Below, piece by piece: positions 57,764 to 64,000 of a stretch of DNA of 64,000 nucleotides (position 1 is its first letter; every line of letters begins with the position of its first letter). Made by a program: the position numbers and the translations under genes. Source of the DNA: Octopus vulgaris (lineage: Eukaryota); the NCBI GenBank assembly GCA_951406725.2, contig OX597840.1:3596001-3660000 (forward strand). Direction: 5' to 3'. Below the pieces are notes generated by a model. The model searched no databases. It was not told where the DNA came from and was given only the letters and a program-made list of their open reading frames with translations.

Positions 57764-58110
57764 AGTGGCTGTGTGGTAAGTAGCTTGCTTACGAACCACA
57801 TGGTTCCGGGTTCCGTCCCACTGCGTGGTACCTTGGGCATGTGTCTTCTACTATAGCCTCGGGCCGACCAAATCCTTGTAAGTGGATTTGGTAGACGGAA
57901 ACTGAAAGAAGCCCGTCAAACATATGTATATATGTGTGTGTATGTTTGTGTGTTCTGTTTGTCCCCCCCCCAACCGATGCTGGTGTGTTTACGTCCCCGT
58001 AACTTACGGTTCGGCAAAAGAGACCTATAGAATAAGTACTAGGGTCGATTTTCTCGACTAAAGGCGGTGCTCCAGCATGGCCACAGTCAAATGACTGAAA
58101 CAAGTAAATG
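57761..58110 (+). mobile_element. SINE family B
   Basis: aggagtggctgtgtggtaag...gactgaaacaagtaaa. Confidence 0.9.
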
Positions 58111-58273
58111 AATAAATGAATGAAATGAATATATATGTAATGGAGAAATTGTACAAAATGTATAAATGGATGATAAGTAAAACACCGGCACAGTTTCGAT
58201 TACCTGTTTTTATCCGTAGATTTATTGCAGGATTTTGCTACTGGCGGTTGGGGTAACAATATTAATAAAATAG

Positions 58274-58344
58274 GAGACTTTATTGCGTAGAACACATGTT
58301 TCGACCCATTCAGGGTCTCTTCGGCTACATCAATAAAATGTCTC
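58274..58344 (-). ncRNA. Minimal type I hammerhead ribozyme (CCGAAGA core variant)
   Basis: GAGAC-A-UUUUAUUG-A-UGUAG-CCGAAGA-GACCC-UGAAU-GGGUC-GAAAC-AUGU-GUU^CUACG-CAAUAAA-GUCUC: extended stem I, 5-bp stem II, 2-bp stem III with palindromic ACAUGU. Confidence 0.78.
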
Positions 58345-58527
58345 ATTAGAAATTTCTTGAATCTGCTTACGTACCGCTATACGTCCATCAAATTCAAGAA
58401 TGTATGTATATATGTATGTATGTAAATGTGCACACATGGATTTGTGTGTTTACCATTAAATAAAGAAGCAGGCAACTCACTTGACATCACCAGATATTCA
58501 ACAAAATATTTTAAAGAATATTTCAAC

Positions 58528-59140
58528 AGGCGCAGGAGTGGCTGTGTGGTAAGTAGCTTGCTTACCAACCACATAGTTCCGGGTTCAGTCCCACTTCGTG
58601 GCACCTTGGGCAAGTGTCTTCTACTATAGCCTCGGGCCGACCAAAGCCTTGTCAGTGGATTTGGTAGACGGAAACTGAAAGAAGCCCGTCGTATATTTGT
58701 ATATATATGTATATGCGCATGTGAGTTTGTGTGTCTGTGTTTGTCCCATCCAACATCGCTTGACAACCGATACTGGTTCCGGGTTCAGTCCCACTGCGTG
58801 GCATCTTGGGCAAGTGTCTTCTACTATAGCCTCGGGCCGACCAAAGCCTTGTCAGTGGATTTGGTAGACGGAAACTGAAAAGAAGCCCGTCGAATATATT
58901 TGTATATATATGTATATGTGCGTGTGTGTTTGTGTGTCTGTGTTTGTCCCATCCAACATCGCTTGACAACCGATGCTGGTGTGTTTATGTCCCCGTCACT
59001 TAGCGGTTCGGCAAAAGACCGATATAATAAGTCCCGGGCTTACAAACAATAAGTCCCGGGGTCGATTTGCTCGACTAAAGGCGGTGCTCCAGCATAGCCG
59101 CAGTCGAATGACTGAAACAAGTAAAAGAGTAACAAGAGAG
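58528..59140 (+). mobile_element. SINE family B with ~200-bp internal tandem duplication
   Basis: 58575-58771 is repeated at about 58775-58973. Confidence 0.92.
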
Positions 59141-59809
59141 TAAAGGGTAATCCCAATATTTCGTATCATTCCCCTTCCCCAGACGAGTAATGAAATGACT
59201 TTCAAATTCGTTTACACTTCATGTTAAAGCAAAATTGATTATTGTGGCAGATACCTTTATATGTTTGTGCCATCCAGACTAATATACAACGCGACTGCAT
59301 GCTTTCGAAATCCATTTTCCGATATTTCTGATGAACATATAGAGTAGCGAAACATTATGTCCAGTATTCAGAAATTTATTTTAAATTTTTTTTTCTTTTT
59401 AGTTATTTTGTTTTATGCCCACTCATATAGATTTTGAAGCCTCACACTATATTTTAATGTATGAGATTGTAGCCATATGTGAATCGCTCTATTGTCTGCA
59501 AAATATTTGCGACAGCTTTATAATATTGGACATTATCTATTAAGCATTGATGTATTGAATAGTAAGTAAATTGATTGTGCTATGAGGTAGAATTATGATG
59601 TGTGGGGAGCTGAGTGTGTGTGTAGGGGGATGTGTTGTGTGTGGGGGTGTATTTACAGATATGCACATTTATAGAGGGAGAGACGAAAGGAGATAGATAC
59701 ATGCATACATACATACATACATACAGACGGACAGACAGTTAGGAAGGCAGACTTTCATCAAACTGACAGACACAGTGATATATATTTATATATATATATA
59801 TATATATAT

Positions 59810-59945
<136 letters not shown>

Positions 59946-60194
59946 TGCAGTTAGGAGTGCCAGCTCTAGGAGATATGGGGAATTAATCTAATTACCATTG
60001 GTAGCTAGTTAGTACTAATGGCCATAGTAATTAGTGTAAACTATGGGAATTAGAATTCACTATAGCATATTTTGAAGCACATCCTACATATTGCTATTTA
60101 CTTATAGTATGTTTGGTACTTACTATACTTTATATATAGAGATGGTACTTTCGCTTATACTTCGCATACTAGAACCGATTCTTTGTATATTATA

Positions 60195-60760
60195 TTGGGT
60201 TGTCCGGAAAGTTCGTGCCGATTTACAGTAGCTTACCTTTCGACTTATTTTAGAACATGGTTGAGTCCATAAAATAGGATTTGACTACACCTCCATTTAG
60301 AGCACAGTTTTAGCTATCTTTTCGTGGAAGAAGGTTTATGTTCCTATAACCTGTGTTAATTCTGTAACCCTTTAAAATGAAAGATAAGAAAGTTCATTTT
60401 CGGCTCTTGATGCTTTGGGAATCAGACAAAAATTGCTGCAGCTCGGTTGGGATGTGTTACCCCACCCTCCATATTCACCAGATATTGCTCCTTCGGATTC
60501 CCACTTATTCAGGTCTCTGCTGAATAGTCTTAATGGTAAAAATTTCAATTCCTTGGATGACGTAAAAAGATACCTTGATGAATTGTTTGCCATGAAACCA
60601 CCTCAATTCTGGGAAGAGGGTATTTTCAAGTTAAAGGAAAGATGGAGACACATTGTGCAACAAAATGGTTCATAATTGGTTGATTGAAAATGTAATGGGA
60701 AGTATTTATTGACCTTTTTCTTTCTTTTAAAAATCGGCACGAACTTTCCGGACATCCCAA
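60195..60760 (+). mobile_element. Mariner deletion derivative (566 bp)
   Basis: TIRs TTGGGTTGTCCGGAAAGTTCGTGCCGATTT / AAATCGGCACGAACTTTCCGGACATCCCAA with TA flanks. N-terminus MKDKKVHFRLLML (60377) is joined out of frame to LGWDVLPHPPYSPDIAPSDSHLFRSL..GIFKLKERW. Confidence 0.95.
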
Positions 60761-60779
60761 TAATTAGTAGCACACACAC

Positions 60780-60810
<31 letters not shown>

Positions 60811-61082
60811 TATATACGAAAAAGAGAGAGACGTGAAGGGAAATAGGGTCAGAGTGGGAGAGAGATAAAAACAGAGAGACAGAAAAAAGAGAGCGAGAGG
60901 AAAAGTGGGAAAGAGGTGAAGTGTGAGGATGGATATTGAGGTAGGAGTATTTCTGTTTTTGCTGGTCAAGATTAAATCGTTGTCGATTTGTATTTCAACA
61001 TGGAGGATCTGCATAAGAAATAATGAATAGTGTCTGCATATATACAATTGGACGGATATATAGATAAAGAAGGAGGGGGGAG

Positions 61083-61126
<44 letters not shown>

Positions 61127-61904
61127 ACACACACACATACGCACGCACACGCACGTGCTCACGTATGCACACATACACACAGAAGGAGGGCCGGTGATAC
61201 TGGATGAAGGACAAAAAGTGGGGGGGGAGACAGGAAGAATCCGAATAAAATGGAGGGGGATGGTGTGGGGGAGACTGAGGGTGATAGAGACAGAGAGAAA
61301 CAGACAGAGAGAAGAGAGAGAGGGGGAGGGAAGAGAGAGAGAAATAGTCAGAGGCGGAGAGGATAATGATGCAGAAAGAGCAAGAGAGTGAAATGTAGAG
61401 AGTGAGAGACAGAGGGTGAGAGACAGAGAGTGAGAGGTAAAGAGTGAGACGCAGAGAGTGAGAAACAGATAGTGAGAGGTAGAGAGTGCGAGGTAGAGGG
61501 TGAGAGACAAGGAGTGAGAGATAGAGAGTGAGAGACAGAGAGTGTGAGGTAAAGAGACAGATACAAAAAGGGAGGGAAGACGGAGAGAGAGAGAGATATA
61601 TATAGAGAGAGAGGTACAGTGAGAAATGGGGGGAAAACAGAAAAATACAAAAAGAAAGAATGAGGGAGAAAGAGAAAGAAAATGCGAGATGTTTTAATGT
61701 GAAGACATTAAAGTAGAACGTGTTTGTTTTTACTAAGTTCATCCATTTTCGGGGATTTTTTTTACACATTTGCTCAGCACGCAGACACACACACACACAT
61801 ACATACATACACACATACATACACAGACACACAGATACACATACAAACACATGCAGAGACACAAATACTTCGTTTTAGAGAAAACACATATCCGTATATA
61901 TGTA

Positions 61905-61955
<51 letters not shown>

Positions 61956-62169
61956 AATACACAAACATATATATATATATATATATATTTATATACACAC
62001 ACATATATACACATATGTGTATATATATATATATATACATACATATTTATATATATATACACACACACATATACATATATATATATACATATATACATAC
62101 GTATATATACATATATATATTTATATATGCGGCGAAAAAGAAGAGAGAGTAATATACATAACTACATAA

Positions 62170-62219
<50 letters not shown>

Positions 62220-62939
62220 ATGTATTTATGTATATGTATTTATGTATGTATGTATGTATACACAGTCACAAACACACACGCACAGATAAGCATAAAGACA
62301 CTCATCAAGGCATATACATCGCTATGTGGGCGTGTGTGTGTATGTGTGTATATCTTTGTGCAGATTTGCATATGTATTATTGCATATATATAATTATTCC
62401 ATGATTTGTGTGTGTGTTTTTCTTTCAAATCTCTTAATTCTTCCTGCGATGAAGGAGCTGATTCTTAAAAGAAAAGCTCGAAACTCCAGATATATAATGT
62501 ATATATCTGTGTATAAAAGATCTTATGTAGGCGAAAATTTCAGAGGTTAATAATTTAGGTTATCTCCAGGAGTCGAAAATTGAAGTACTTTACAACCAGC
62601 AAAATCCCGAATTATTTGGTAAAGGGAATGCGAACAGTGAAAAATGGGGAATAATAACAATGGGAGAAAGCGACAGCAAAATTTCCGTGAGGAGCAGAAA
62701 AACAGGGTTCGGAAAAGGATAAAAAGGTTTCTTCAGGTTAAAAATGACAAGACGAAAATAATACAAAGTCGACAGAGTCTTATATGGAGTTCGTTCAAGA
62801 AATTGACTGCAACTGATGGGCAACGCAAGAAAACTTGAAATCCAGAAGTAGAAATATGGGACTGAGCTGGGACAAGCCAAGTATGTATGTGTTGTATATA
62901 TATATGTATATATATGAATGATTAATATTTATGTATATA

Positions 62940-63140
62940 TCTTTTTTCTCTTAGTTGTTTCAGTCACTTGACTACGGCTATGCCTTGAAGGAACTTTAGT
63001 CAAAAAATCGACCCCGGGTCGTATGTATTTTTAAGCCTAGTACTTATGCTATTGGTCTTTTACTGAACAACTAAGTTGCGAGAACATAAACACACCAACA
63101 ACGGTTATCAAGCCGTGGTGATGGGGAACAAACACATGCA
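62940..63140 (-). mobile_element. Old SINE family B 3' part
   Basis: tgtttcagtc, aatcgacccc, aagcctagtactta. Confidence 0.7.
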
Positions 63141-63157
63141 AAGATACAGACATATTG

Positions 63158-63440
63158 CAACTAGAAAGTTACCCTCCCAGGCACAAGTCCGGGCAAGGTT
63201 GTTTTATGGAAGACCAGCAGTCGCCCATGCATACTGGCCTCCCCTCTCGACGCCACCACTGTTATCCAAGAGAAAGGCAAAGGTTGATACAGCTTGGCAC
63301 CTGTGACGTCGCAACTCATTTCTACAGCTGAGTGAACTGGAGCAACGTGGAATAAAGTGTCTTGCTCAAGAACACAACATGCAGCCCGATCCCGGATTCG
63401 AACTCACAATCTCACGATAGTAAGCTCAACGCTCTAACCA
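63158..63440 (-). mobile_element. tRNA-derived SINE family D
   Basis: ggattcgaactc B box in reverse; central domain cagctgagtgaactggagcaacgtg shared with family C. Confidence 0.85.
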
Positions 63441-63510
63441 TCCCGGAAAGATGAAAGATGAAGTTGACATCGGCAACACTTCAACTCAGAATGTAGGGAC
63501 GGGTGAAATA

Positions 63511-63904
63511 TCTTATTTCTTTACTACCCACAAGGGGCTAAACACAGAGGGGACAACCAAGGACAGAGAAACGGATTAAGTCGATTACATCGACCCCAGT
63601 GCGTAACTGGTACTTAATTTATCGACCCCGAAAGGATGAAAGGCAAAGTCGACCTCGGTGGAATTTGAACTCAGAACATAACGGCAGACGAAATACGTTT
63701 TGAGTTCAAATTCCGCCGAGGTCGACTTTCCCTTTCATACTTTCGGGGTCGAATGATAATAGTGATTTCATCTATTTGCCACGAGGGCGAAGGAATAAAT
63801 GGTAAAGCTTATGCCTATAATAATTGGTACGTTGTGATCTGTAAGCAAAGATATAGACAAATGGCTGAAAGAGACTGGAATAGCATGTTCTTTAAAGTTC
63901 CTAC
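63511..63904 (+). mobile_element. Second copy of the inverted-SINE-A/SINE-A-core/R4 composite
   Basis: Reverse complement of about 48562-48950 with the same junctions; followed by another SINE-A (-) running to the window end. Confidence 0.8.
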
Positions 63905-64000
63905 GATTACGTCGACCCCAGTGTTTCACTGGTACTTAATTTATCAAGCCTGAAAGGATGAAAGGCGGAATTTGAACTCAGAACGTAACGGCAGACGAAA

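Noticed and set aside
62520-62880. Purine-rich unique stretch with 64-96-aa ORFs
   Set aside because: No recognisable motif, stops in all frames and no clear splice sites.

Overview
AT-rich, extremely microsatellite-dense animal genomic DNA. The repeat repertoire (tRNA-derived SINEs plus (TA)n, (TACA)n, (GATA)n, (TAA)n and (ATC)n arrays) looks like a coleoid cephalopod, probably Octopus; this is my inference, not a database result. I found no credible host protein-coding exon. Almost all listed ORFs are translated microsatellites, and the genuine protein-like ones are transposon relics: three mariner remnants, R4/Dong-clade RLE LINE 3' ends, a Tx1/L1 RT fragment and an RTE 3' end. The window also holds a non-autonomous Helitron, three MITE-like elements and about 30 SINE copies. 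The best leads are: (1) two well-formed minimal type I hammerhead ribozyme folds on the minus strand, both with a CCGAAGA core, one inside a 493-bp unit closed by a 68-bp terminal direct repeat (retrozyme/Penelope-like, possibly from a circular RNA); (2) a polypyrimidine-CAG|GTGAGT site that may be a recursive splice site; (3) one SINE core with at least three different 3' tails, two traceable to LINE-like ends in this window, including a fold-back SINE::R4 chimera present twice.
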